A stretch of 63,951 nucleotides of DNA, filler included, from Nemertoderma westbladi (lineage: Eukaryota; Animalia; Xenacoelomorpha): assembly GCA_032718475.1 (NCBI GenBank). It is 3 parts of 3 records of this genome, joined end to end, with 100 filler letters (N's around TTAATTAATTAA, not from the genome) between each part and the next. Parts side by side here need not be neighbours in the genome. Positions count along the whole stretch, not along the records: positions 1 to 16,465 come from JAUCBJ010001344.1; 2 more parts are not named here. One strand, written 5' to 3'. Position numbers and translations under genes: made by a program. Shown here in pieces: positions 1 through 11,607 of the stretch (positions within the stretch are counted from its first letter, which is position 1; every line of letters begins with the position of its first letter). The notes beneath the pieces were generated by a model, which saw only the letters and a list, made by a program, of their open reading frames with translations, made no database searches and was not told the DNA's origin.

Positions 1-1438
1 GATTAGCAGTAAACTGTTTAGTTATACTGTCTTGTGTCTCTTGCAGATTTTCCAACTCCAGTTGGGTAGTCTGCTCAGAGGCTCTCCGTTCTGCTTCGGC
101 CACTGCCCTTTCCGCCTTTGCTTCTGCCGCCGCTGCCTTTGTTTTTGCTTCTGCTTCTGCCGCTGCTGCCCTTGCTGCTATTCTTTCTGCTTCTACTTCT
201 GCCGCCGCTGCCTTTCTTTCTGCTTCTGCTTCTGCCGTAGCCGCCGCCTTTTGTTCCTCTATCCTTCTTTTCTTTATTTGTTCTTCTCGGACTCTAGTGA
301 GACGGAGTTTTTCATCACATTCAGCTTGGTTTGCAGCTAACATTTCGGTATCGATCGCGTCCAATATAAGCTTGGTTCCTTCACTATTAGGGGAAAGTCC
401 ATGTAGCCGTCTCCTCAACTCTTCGTCTCCTAGGAATCGCTGATAGTCGGACAAATAAATGTCGATAGCGTCTCTAGTTCGCGGTTTCTCGGCGGCCTCT
501 TCGCTTTCCTCTTGAGCAAGGGTGACATCAGTTTGTTCGGAGACATCAGTCGGTTCCTCATAGATTGATCTCTCAGCCAGCTGGGATTTCCACGGGGCTG
601 TTTCCTGTACTTTGAGATCTACTCGATGTAGCCAAGTTTTGACAGCAACCTGCAGCGACGTGTCCTGTCTTCTTTTGGAAGTTTCCTCAAAGGCTGAGAG
701 GATTAGTCGAATGCGTAGGGTTCTTTCGCGTATTTGATATAGCAGTTCTTCCTGCTCTTGAGGTCCGTGAGGTTGTCGAAACAGTTGTTCCTCCAATCGC
801 TCCAAGGATCCGAAGAATCCCTGCACATATCCTGCTGCCGACCTCTTCCAAACAGCTGGATCCATTGTATCTTTTGCCACTCCCATCCTGTGTATATCTT
901 CCCAAGTAGCCTCGGACATATCAAACGGAAGTCCAAGTCCGGGAAAGTTCCATTGTGATTCAACAATAGATCTCAATTCTTCCCTGGCGTATCCCGCGTA
1001 ATTATCTTGGGTCGCTTGCTTATTCTTCGCCCAGTCGGTTTGATGTTCTTCCACCGCAATGAGTATAGTAGTCAGCACTGCAGCAGGAAGAGTAAGAAGG
1101 GGGTCCGAGTAGACTGTATCAGCCATCTGCACTCCATGTTCGGGAGTCAACTCTACAGTATCCGAACTGCTGGAACTATCCGGTCTCTGGGAAGTAGGTT
1201 CTTGACCAAGATGTTGCTGCGATAGGACAGCTGCCTCTTGGTCCCGTTTTACCTGTGCCCGAGTGCCTATGATGGACCTATGGTGGACTAGCCTAGGGTC
1301 TGATACTACTGGAGGGATGACCTTTTTTACAGTAGGAGGTGAGCCGAACTTCTCTTTTATTCGCTCCACACTCCTATCTGAATCACAGATAGTGGTCTCG
1401 ATCAGACTGTCCGACAGGTTTTGCTGAGTGTCAGACAT
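1..1438 (-). CDS. Long ORF (>=479 codons) running off the left edge; probable retroelement Gag/ORF1-like protein with an Ala/Glu/Lys-rich coiled coil
   Basis: Manual translation from ATG 1438 (MSDTQQNLSDSLIETTICDSDRSVERIKEKFGSPP...AEAEAERKAAAAEVEAERIAARAAAAEAEAK...) gives no stop before base 1. Absent from the ORF track because it has no stop in the window. The retroelement identity is inference from the lack of introns and the repeat-rich upstream region. Confidence 0.6.
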   Translation of the reverse strand, partial: MSDTQQNLSDSLIETTICDSDRSVERIKEKFGSPPTVKKVIPPVVSDPRLVHHRSIIGTRAQVKRDQEAAVLSQQHLGQEPTSQRPDSSSSSDTVELTPEHGVQMADTVYSDPLLTLPAAVLTTILIAVEEHQTDWAKNKQATQDNYAGYAREELRSIVESQWNFPGLGLPFDMSEATWEDIHRMGVAKDTMDPAVWKRSAAGYVQGFFGSLERLEEQLFRQPHGPQEQEELLYQIRERTLRIRLILSAFEETSKRRQDTSLQVAVKTWLHRVDLKVQETAPWKSQLAERSIYEEPTDVSEQTDVTLAQEESEEAAEKPRTRDAIDIYLSDYQRFLGDEELRRRLHGLSPNSEGTKLILDAIDTEMLAANQAECDEKLRLTRVREEQIKKRRIEEQKAAATAEAEAERKAAAAEVEAERIAARAAAAEAEAKTKAAAAEAKAERAVAEAERRASEQTTQLELENLQETQDSITKQFTAN

Positions 1439-2802
1439 GTTTAGTTATACAGTTGAATGTCTACTACTATAATTTCAGTTAAAGCAAATCTAGTAATTCA
1501 GTATGACCGCAAGCCTAGCGATTTATTACCGGTACCGTTACTCAGTGGAACGTGATATATATACAATATATTAGAATACCGGTATGCTTACAATATATAA
1601 GTATTATTACAGACTAGATTTGTCACAGAGTACCGGTATATAATTTTAGCACAAATATATATATATATATAGTAGGCCTATAATGAATACCGGTATACAG
1701 CTTACACTTATAGTATATAAGTATAATTCTGGACTAGAATTAATTACAGAGTACCGGTATGATTTCAGCTCAAATTTATAGAAATAAATATAATAAGCCT
1801 ATGGTAAGTACCGGTATGTCAATTAATTTTAGAATAATTGAATTTCTGAATATTTTGGGGTTACTTCGTTACTTTAACTTACTTTATTACCGTTATTTAA
1901 GCAGTAGTCCAACTGACAGTGAGACCTAGTTGTTGTATGGCAGGCCTACTATTTATAAATCGTTTGAGTTGATTTATAATATTTATATACCCGTTTATAA
2001 AGGGGTTTTGACAATACTTGAAATAAATGTTATTATTTCTGGGGAAGTCACTACACAGAAGCTGAGCGCTCTCAGTGAAGTGTTATTTTATTTGACACTA
2101 AAACTGATAATTCTAATTTACCTAAGTTACTTAATACTACGAATTACTTACGATACGGGTGAGATTAATTCTCTAATTAAACACAACAAAATATGACGTA
2201 CGAATTTTTAGGGTAATTTTACAGGAAGTCTACAAACCAGTCCAACAAAGGGTTAGATTTCTGGCTATTACAAAGGACAGGGTACTACGGTATTTAAATA
2301 ATAAGTAGTAGTAAATATATTGTACTGTCTAGATAGGAAAATACCACCGCCTGACGACCTATAACCGTATCGCTATAGGTACAACGTTATGTATCACGGA
2401 TTGTTCCTACCCAGAAGTTAATAGAGCTAACGAATGTGCCTATCAACCACTTTACAACACAAAAATACTGCCTACACTAATTACTTCGGAAGGCACTGTA
2501 CTCTAAACCCTAAATTAGGTACAAGTACCGGTATAACAAATAATCAGTAGTTAAATATACTTGAACAGTTAAAAGAACCACGGCATCTGCTGGAGTGACC
2601 GAAGCACAAAGTCGTCAGTCTTTACCTACGCCAAGCAGCCCTGATGTAGTACCGGGGTTAGTTTAACTATAACGGTATGTATAACAAGCACAATTACTGT
2701 AGGAATAAACTTGGGGACATGAATGTTGCGAATAATCGCATAAACTCTGAATAATAAATATTACGCTACCCGTACAGAATACTCAAACAAATACAAACCA
2801 AA

Positions 2803-3262
2803 CGCTGGCAGACTACTATCAAGCCTAAACAAACTACTGTATGTGCAGATTCTGAAACTGTTAGTTAGTATGCGTGCTAACACGGTAGTACGACTTACTC
2901 TTTAAGAGGGGATTGACCTTACAGTTATGACTGCCCCAACTTACTAACGGCACTTGATCAGACCAACTCTACACACGTAGCAATCCTTTCAGACCCAAAA
3001 ATTAGCTAGACAACAATCCAGCCTACAAATATTTGAGTAATAACTATTACGGTACCTGAACAGACCACACAAACAAACACAGGCTAAAACACTGGCAGAC
3101 TACGATCAAGCCTAGATAAACTACAGTATATGCAGACTCTGAAACTGTTAGTTAGTATGCGTGCTAACACGGTAGTACGACTTACTCTTTAAGAGGGGAT
3201 TGACCTTACAGTTATGACTGCCCCAACTTACTAACGGCACTTTATCAGACAAACTCTACACA
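2803..3262. repeat. Direct duplication with 287-bp offset and an identical 105-bp core
   Basis: 2851-2955 matches 3138-3242 (tctgaaactgttagttagt...ctaacggcactt); the flanks are similar but diverged. Confidence 0.9.
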
Positions 3263-5003
3263 CGCCGTAATCTCTCCAAACCCAACCACAGTCAGACAGC
3301 AGCTCAGCCTACAATTATCTGAACAATCTGAGCAGACTTACACGCCTTCTGCTCAATATTAGCCTACTAGGAAATAAAACCGACAGAAATAGGTAAAATC
3401 TCAATAAAAATTCAGGGCTGCAGTCCCTGATTAAGTACTAAGACCTACCAGTATACAATAATCAAAATCGAATAATACTAAAAGTACTTGTACAGCAGTA
3501 CCGGTACCGGTGATGACAGTTAGGCCTACTGACCTACAAAGTACCGGTTCAGTTTTACCGGTCACTACGGTATTTTGCAACCTTATTGCCTACTGCAATA
3601 AGATTGTAAACTGTTACTGTTCGTCAGAACAGTATTAAACTGTATTTAATGCCTACACTTGCAACCTTATTGCCTACTGCAATAAGATTATAAACTGTTA
3701 CTGTTCGCGCTTTTGAAGACCTTTAGCAGTTTAACCTGCCAAATTTTATATGTCTTTTAGTTAATTAAAACCACTTTAGCATACGACAATAATTTATGCT
3801 AATACGCAAAACATTAGCCGAAGTCAGCCCATGCGCGATCATTCACCCGATGGATCTACACCCGGGAGACTGAATTCGGATGCTTGAATTGTATTATTAC
3901 AGTGTAAGGTTGCAGTGTATACCTAATGTATTATTCGATAGATCGTTAATAATTAATCTCTGACAGATATTATTGGCTTTCGGGAAATATTAACAGTTCC
4001 TTTAGGACGTGGCGCTTTATCTATTTAAACAGAACTAAGACTTATACTAAAACGCAACGATACTGCTTATGATTAAAGTATAAAGCGTATTCTTTAGGAA
4101 ATACTTTGTTACCAATCACAATCATACACACTATTCTGCCGACAGTCAGTATATTTGATCACACATAAAGAGAGCAGTAATTGACTCACGTAGGGTCTGC
4201 TAAATAACATTGGATTCAATACACACCACATTAATATAAATCGCAATTGTTATGTATAGCCGGTCTCTCTAACCTGTAGTGTTATCAAGAAAATTGGGAA
4301 TTGGGTGATTTATCCGTATTATCCAAATAGCAATATTTCCATCAACAAATATTTACAATTAATAACTGACGGTAAAATAACAGTACAAACAATATGATTA
4401 ATGCAATTAAAAGTATCAAGGTGAGATGAGTGATTTAAGTCAGGTAACAGTTTATACTTTCGATAATTCAAGCAGTTTACGGTACAGCAGTATCTATCCA
4501 AAAATGCCGGTGTTTCTGGCTTAGACAGCAATAACAACAAAGTATCAAGAAAAAACAGTAAGACTGAACACTCTCCTTATGATCGACTAAAAAGCTACAC
4601 GTCGACAGGAAAAACCGCCCTGATTGGCCCAAGCCAAACAAAGAACCACGCGGCCAATGGCTGTTTCCATGTCAGCAACCAGCTGCTAGATGTCGTAATA
4701 TGAATCATCACGGCTAAGCTGTGAAAGGTGGTTGGTGCATTACAAGTTTTTTGTCTTACCATGTCCGCTAAAACACGTATATAGCAGAATTACTTTTATG
4801 TCCGTTAAAACACCTGTAAAGGTACCTTGCGGGCGAGGGGAATATATATACAGTTAGAAAACCTTTTTTAGAGTATTCCAGCGCCTGGGGGGGAACTGGC
4901 CAGCATAGGCAAACGTATCAGTTATCCCACAAAAGCTTTTACAGCCATATTTGGCAATTTTTCAATCAATGACAATGCAGTATATGGCTGTTGTCCCTAA
5001 CTG

Positions 5004-5152
5004 CCATTGGCGAACGATAACCATACTTTATTTTTTTTAAATAAATAATTAAATTTTTTAAAAACTCCGGCTCCTGCTCCGGCTCCGGCCAAATTGTCCA
5101 ACTCCGGCTCCTGCTCCGGCTCCGGCCAAATCCCAACTCCGATCGAGCCCTA
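5004..5152 (-). mobile_element. Truncated end of the hAT-like MITE family seen at 6971-7840
   Basis: Reverse complement of 6971-~7112, ending in the TIR ...CTCCGATCGAGCCCTA. Confidence 0.85.
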
Positions 5153-5242
5153 CTGCAAAGGTAACTTTCCATAACTTAACAGCTGTCTGGCTGTCTCTCA
5201 TCTGTCATGCTTCATGTACCTTTAAGTTCGATTCTCAATGTC

Positions 5243-5526
5243 ACGTCCAAAATTGGACTTAAAGTCCAATATTGGACTTTTGTAAAAATTCAAAGCCTTA
5301 TAAAAAAAGTTCCCCCTGGTGAATTTCAGGTCCCCTGTTCAAAACTCTTATTTTTTGATATATTTTCGATTAAAGAAAAAAAATCCCGCCCGATCCAATT
5401 ACCCAAGGCCCTGGAACAATTGGCTGATTTGAAGTCCAATATTGGACTCACAGAAGTCCAATTTTGGACTTGAACTGGAGTCGAAGTCCAATTTTGGACT
5501 CAAGTCCAATTTTTGACTTCTCACCG
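5243..5526. repeat. Cluster of AGTCCAAWWTTGGACT palindromic repeats, probably a DNA-transposon remnant
   Basis: About six copies of aagtccaatattggact / aagtccaattttggact. Confidence 0.55.
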
Positions 5527-6502
5527 ACTGAGAATAACTAACAAAAGAATCAAGTCCACAAATATTGTATAAACCACGTCAACCTTTGCGGCAACATTTG
5601 TCTAGAAATGGGCTCCAAACTGTGGAAGAATAATGGTACAGTATTCCAATTGACAGATAGAGCTAGGGCAGGCGAATTTTACATAAGTCTTCAGGCTGTC
5701 AGGAGAGGAATGGCTTCATTTGATATACAAAGTTTTAAAAAGGAAAGAGGACATCAACAACCAGAAAACATTTTTTTCCGAGGATGTGTGATATGAATGA
5801 TGAACAGAACATATGAATGCCAGAATATGTAAACTTCCAAATTCTGGAATTGATTCAACATCTACAAGATATAGTAGGCCTTCCTGAGTCTGTGTGAGCT
5901 TGAATCTCGCAACAGTGAGGATTTGGTCTACTGTTCTTCTTACCAACAGTAAGGCTGTAAGGATAGCGAATTTCTCTAGTCTTCTGCATTTTTCTCACCA
6001 ATCACTAACAGAGTTAACAATCATTAAAGTTATTGACTGTAAGTTGCTGTGCTGTAAGGCAGTAAAGTAAAGTTAAGCCTACCATGCATACATATCATGT
6101 CACATGTTACACTGGTCACCCATTCTCACCAAGCTCTATAAGCACTAAGCAGCAAAGCCTACTGCTACACCCTACTGCTGGCAGGCTGGTGATGTTGTAA
6201 AGACTGGCGAAATTTGAGGTTTTGTCTCAAATTTGAGGTTTAACCTCAAATTTCAATATTCGCCCCCAATAAAAGCATGGTTGCATCGGTGAAATATTTT
6301 ATTGCATCGATAAAAGTTCTTATTTTACTTATTTATATTTTAACATATTAAAAGTAGAAGTTGCTCCAACAGTTTCCAGTCGCAGCAACACTCGATATTA
6401 TGAGCATAAAAATACCTCAAATTTGAACAAAAAACCCCAATTTTCGACAGTCTATTACCAGAATTCGAAATTTGGGGTAACCCCAAAATTGATGATCTCC
6501 CT

Positions 6503-8540
6503 GACTGTTAAAGTCTCCCAGGAATGTTAAGAATGCATGCTGATCCACTCCATCAGTAGCTGCTTGTAGATTGTGGTAGAAATTTTCAACCTCCTCTACA
6601 GGGCAGCAGGGGCAACACTAGTTGGTGTTGGAGAGTAGCACACAATCAGAACCACCTTAGGAAACTTCTTAGCCAGTCTTCCAGAACATGAGAAGTGGCA
6701 ACGGATGATGCGGTTAGAGATTTGGTCTATTTTGTCCAATGCTGCATGTGCAGTTGGATTCATCAATAGACCAATTCCACCATTGCCACTATCATCTGCT
6801 GACGCGAGGGCGAGTCGCCAACCGCCCCCCATGTCCTTAATCAGAACCTCATCAGTCTGTCCAGTCTGCATTCGGTGCTCTTGAACACCCACTGCGCTAA
6901 GAGAAAGCTTATCTGCCAAGGCAGTCAGCTCACCTTGTCGCATTGGGGACCCGAGTGTTAGGGTGTTTACTAGGGCTCGATCGGAGTTGGGATTTGGCCG
7001 GAACCGGAGCCGGAGTTGGACAATTTGGCCGGAGCCGGAGCAGGAGCCGGAGTTTTTCAAAAATTTAATTATTTATTTAAAAAAAATAAAGTATGGTTAT
7101 CGTTCACCAATCGCTCATATTCAATCATACTGTAGGTCTAATTAATTTCATAATTTATAGATTTACGAATTTTCAATTTAAAATTTAAGTAATTAATTTA
7201 TCACGGACAGACGGCCTGACGCTGACGGCGACGGCCTGATGCTGACGGCGACGGCCTGATGCTGACGGCGACGGCCTGATGCTGACGGCGACGGCCTGAC
7301 GCTGACGGCTAAAAATTACCTTGGTCTACAGTACCTAACACTAACTCGCTAACTGTCTAACTGTGGTAGAGGTGTGTACTGTAGGTAGCCTACCGTACGT
7401 CAGTACGTGTACCAGTACTGCAGTACAGTATGCTGGCATGACAGCAGCAAATGGCTGCAGTGGTACCGGTACAGTCTGACAGTGTACAACAGTCAGACAG
7501 TACAATCATAGCATTTACAATTTTTTAAAGTAGGGCCTATCTGTAATAGTCTGCTAGTCAGCCAGCTGGCCAGTACCGTACCAGTACTGCAGTACAGTCA
7601 GTCAGTCATTGACTTTAAGTGTTAAGTAAATACTGCAGTATTATCAGATTATACTTGATATTGAAGCTGTACTACAGTACTTATAGTGTTAAATAATTGT
7701 TCAGATTAGAATATGCACGAAATATAATACTTTATTAAAAAATTAACTCCGGCAATATTTTTACCCTAGCCGGAGCAGGAGCCGGAGGTGCCAAAATGGC
7801 CGGAGCCGGAGCCGGAGGCCGGAGCTCCGATCGAGCCCTAGTGTTTACTGAGGCTAGTCTTGTGACTTGCCTCAGATTCACTCACCATGGCTTTGTTGGT
7901 CGGGGTGGAACATGAGAGTAGCCTCCAACTCCAGAATCCCTCTCCCCATCACAATCTGGCCTTCCTGGTGACCCAGGGTTTGGGCCAGAAAGGTCATCAG
8001 GAAAGGGACTCAAATAATTGTTGGCTGCTCTCTCTCCAGTAGGGGGTGAGACAGGCAGCCGGTCAGGAGTTAACTGACGCCTGTGAGGCCGATTGTGTCC
8101 GGTAATTCCACTGGCCTCTAGTGGCCGGACCTCCACATTGCTAATGTAATCCATAGTGGGGGTTGGGGGGTGCTTTTTTGCCGAGTCAGCTCTCGGGGCA
8201 AATACCACACCCTGGTTTGCCATTCCACAGGGTGGGTGTCGCAATGGAGTCAGATATGAGGCCCATCACCCATATCTACTCTGGCGCACATGACCCATCA
8301 TTGGCTGTTGAGGCTCATCTGCTGGGTCATGCCCTGTACCCTTGCTGCCAGGTGCAGGTCGCAGTGAAGTGCTCTCAGAGAGGACATGAGAACACTCTAC
8401 TCCTGACCAGCCATTGGTAGATCACCATCTGCCTGGTCAGGCCATATACCCCTGCAGCCAAGTATATGGGTCCTTAATCCAGGACCAAGGGTGTCCTTAT
8501 CCCAGAACGAAGGGGGTCCTAGTTACAGGCAGTCTGGTTC
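6503..8540 (-). mobile_element. 5' part of an RTE-like LINE: 5' UTR plus degenerate APE endonuclease, interrupted by a hAT MITE
   Basis: After removing 6971-7848 the frame reads RLASVNTLTL...VGVQEHR...GGIGLLM...ISNRII...VCYSPT, then in shifted frames VEEVENFYHNL and FLGDFN. These are APE-domain motifs. The 5' boundary is approximate. Confidence 0.8.
6971..7840. mobile_element. Non-autonomous hAT-superfamily DNA transposon (870 bp)
   Basis: 16-bp TIR TAGGGCTCGATCGGAG / CTCCGATCGAGCCCTA; perfect 8-bp TSD GTGTTTAC (6963-6970, 7841-7848); subterminal GCCGGA repeats; internal 20-bp tandem repeat. Confidence 0.93.
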
Positions 8541-9760
8541 CTGGCTTAATTTGACATTATGTCAAATTTGACATTTTGCTATTAATCTATACTGTATGCA
8601 GGTATGTGTTTTATTATGTTTTTTTTTACAGTGATTTTAATTACAAATACACTTTGCAGTATTGTGGCCTTTACATACTGTATGTCAGAACGTTGCAAAT
8701 TAATCAATCATAGGCTGATAGGCGTATGGGTTACCTTCGTATGTGGGGGGTGTCTGGGTGTCTGTAACAATATCTCTCATATTTTTGCAGTTTTGCCCCC
8801 CCCCCCCCCCCCCCCATGTCTCTTGATGTGAGAATGTTTTTTGTGCTTTTTTTTTTACTTTTTTGTGCTTTTTTTTACTTTTTTTGTGCTTTTTTTGTGC
8901 TTTTTTGTGCTTTTCTTGACTTTTTTGTGCTTTTCTTGACTTTTTTGTGCTTGTTTTGTGCTTTTTGTAGTATTTAGTAGGACCCCTGCCGAACTGCGGT
9001 ACTGCTGTAATACAATCAGACAATAGCAGGTAGGCAGGGTAGGCCTACTGTAATACGGTAATGCTGCAGTGCTGTTATACAGTTATATATTACACGCATT
9101 ATTATACGCTTACTGTATGGAGAATGGAGATGGAGTATCGCGATTGACCTGTTGACTGGTTGACTTCAGGGACAGCGACAGGCCTAGTCCTACCGATACT
9201 GCGATAAAGGAAACCTGGTACAGTGGTAACTGTTTCCATTACTTTTCTGCTTTTCTTGCTGTCTTGGATTTGCTTTATAGCTTTACACAGTAGGCGCTAT
9301 CAGCCTATACTACATACTACAATTCCTGCACCTGCAATTACTCTCGGCATCCAGCATCTGGCATCCATCGTCCAATCCAGCAATCTTTCATCTTGATAAC
9401 AATCGGCCGAATCGAAATTGGATGTACTGATTTAGCTGTTTGGTTAGTTTCTTCCAAGTTCCAACGTCTGTCTGAACGTCAAACGTGTCTTATACTGTTA
9501 TAGGCTACCGGTACTACTATAATAGTCCTATTTGATGCTATCTTGATTGCTGTATTGCAGTGCCAGCAGCCAGCAGCAGCAGGCCAGTGTTTTTATGATT
9601 TATTTTATAATTTTTTTATTACCGGTACCCGGTAATGTTTGTTGCGCTTTTGGAGTCTCATCCCTTTTGCCTTTACAGCCTGACAGCTTTACGTAGTGGG
9701 GGAGTGTAGGAGTGGTAGTCCCGTAGTGTGTGCAGTGGTAGTGTGGGTGTGGGTGACAGA

Positions 9761-10256
9761 CCGAACGTAATCAGGATCGATTGTAGTACCGGTAACACAG
9801 TTTTTACGAATTGAACGTAACCTCAATTATAATACATTGGATCATATAACTATGTTACATTCGATCTACAAATTACTAAGCCCGAATGTAACATACATTT
9901 ATTTCAGCTGTGTTTTGATTTCAGGAGTTAGGCCTAACCGATGAAATGCTTCGTTTATTTACAGGAAGAAACAGTTTGGTGAATACAAAACATAGACCCA
10001 ATTAAGTAACCTGCATAATCTTATAACATGTGTTAACTTTCGTTTATTGTTTTGGTTCCCCAACACGCCTCTGTAACCGGCTCCTTTCAGCCTTTAAATA
10101 AAAGTAACCTGCATAATCTTGTAACATGTAACATTCGTTTATTGTTTTGGTTCCCTCAACACGCCTCTGTAAGTGTAACCTCAGAACCTGCTCCTTTAAA
10201 TTGCAATGTATAATATACGTAATAACTATGTTACATTCGATCCTGATTACGTTCGG
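9761..10256. mobile_element. MITE with ~20-bp TIRs
   Basis: CCGAACGTAATCAGGATCGA (9761-9780) is inverted at 10237-10256; internal direct repeats; TSD unclear (GA left, TA right). Confidence 0.7.
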
Positions 10257-11607
10257 TAATGTATCCCTTTCTATATAACGCTGTTATAACGGTAGAGGCC
10301 CCGCCAAAATATTTATTTTCCCATGATATTCAATGAGGAATTCATGAATTTGTCCAGCGCGATTTTGGCTGTCTGGACTCTGGACAGCCCCTTTTGGCAG
10401 GAATTCCTAGCTGCTACTGCATGTACGGACGTACGGTACCGGTACATGTAGACCTACACTACACGGATACAGAAATATAGATATAGAAATATAGAATATA
10501 GGGATATAGAAATCTATACCAGTATGTAGGTCAGTATGTAGGTACCGTTCTGCCTTTATTGTATGTAACTATAGTTCATTGACATATTTCAGTTGGTGAA
10601 ATTATTTGAACTGTCATCTATGCCACCGTCGAGTACACGAATTATTATACCAGGACCAGATGTTAAAACTTATGTTATTGTTATTTTTCTGTTAACTAAA
10701 GTGAAGTTATCAGAGAACGTGAGCTTGAAACACACGCATGAATAATTATCGATGATGTTCATGCACCTATTAATGCTTCGCCATTCATTACTATTTGAGC
10801 TTGAGGCCGTCAATATATGCACCCATCAATTTGTTCACCCGCCTGTCCGTTTGTGTACTTCAACTACATACTGTTTTTTATATATACCGTATGTAAATGT
10901 ATGTTATGTTTGTTTTGGTTTGTGTTTTTTGAAGTCCCTAGCGTCTGAGTACAATTTTTGGGCTTGATATCCTCCTGATTCTATGATATTTTTTAGTTTG
11001 TGGTGTGTAACCTACCGCCTGTAAGACTCTATTGTTTCCCTGTTTAGGTTAGTTATAATTAACAAGCGCTCTTGGTCTGTATGCCGCTCGCTACATTTAG
11101 TAATCATCATTTAAACACGATATTTAGATAGCCTGGCCTGAAGGGACTTATTTGTTAACACAGACCTACCCCTTGCTTGATCAACCTATTGCTTTATTCA
11201 ATCTCTCAGTGCTGACAGAGATACAAATGTAACAAATAGCTAGACCATCTTTAGCATTATTTTACCTCTCTACTGCTCAGCATCTAGCATCGTCCTGCAA
11301 TCGCCTACAAAGTACCCTTGTTCGCTTGATTTCCTTTTCTTTGTCTCACCCCATCTGTCAGTTTTCACTTGATTTGTTTGTTCCATTGAATTTTTGTGTT
11401 AGTTAATACTACACGACACACGTGCCGGTATACAACCTGTGTTTGTTATATTTTTGTACTTTTTTTACGTTTGTATCATATGGTCTTCATAATAATGTAT
11501 ATCATGCTGCTCCACCGCTTGTTATCATTTCATTATCCTTATATGATAACCCATCTGTCAGTAACGGTATCTTCAATTTTTTCAGATTAAATTCCAGAGC
11601 GCCGAGG

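Noticed and set aside
32-340. Cys-rich plus-strand ORF
   Set aside because: Antisense shadow of the Ala/Glu-rich minus-strand ORF.
8700-9023. Lys-rich histone-H1-like ORF
   Set aside because: Low-complexity T-rich repeat next to a poly-C run.
11422-11607. N-terminal extension of Lst2 in the ORF track
   Set aside because: GTG start inside intron-like sequence upstream of a splice acceptor; homology begins at ATG 11608.
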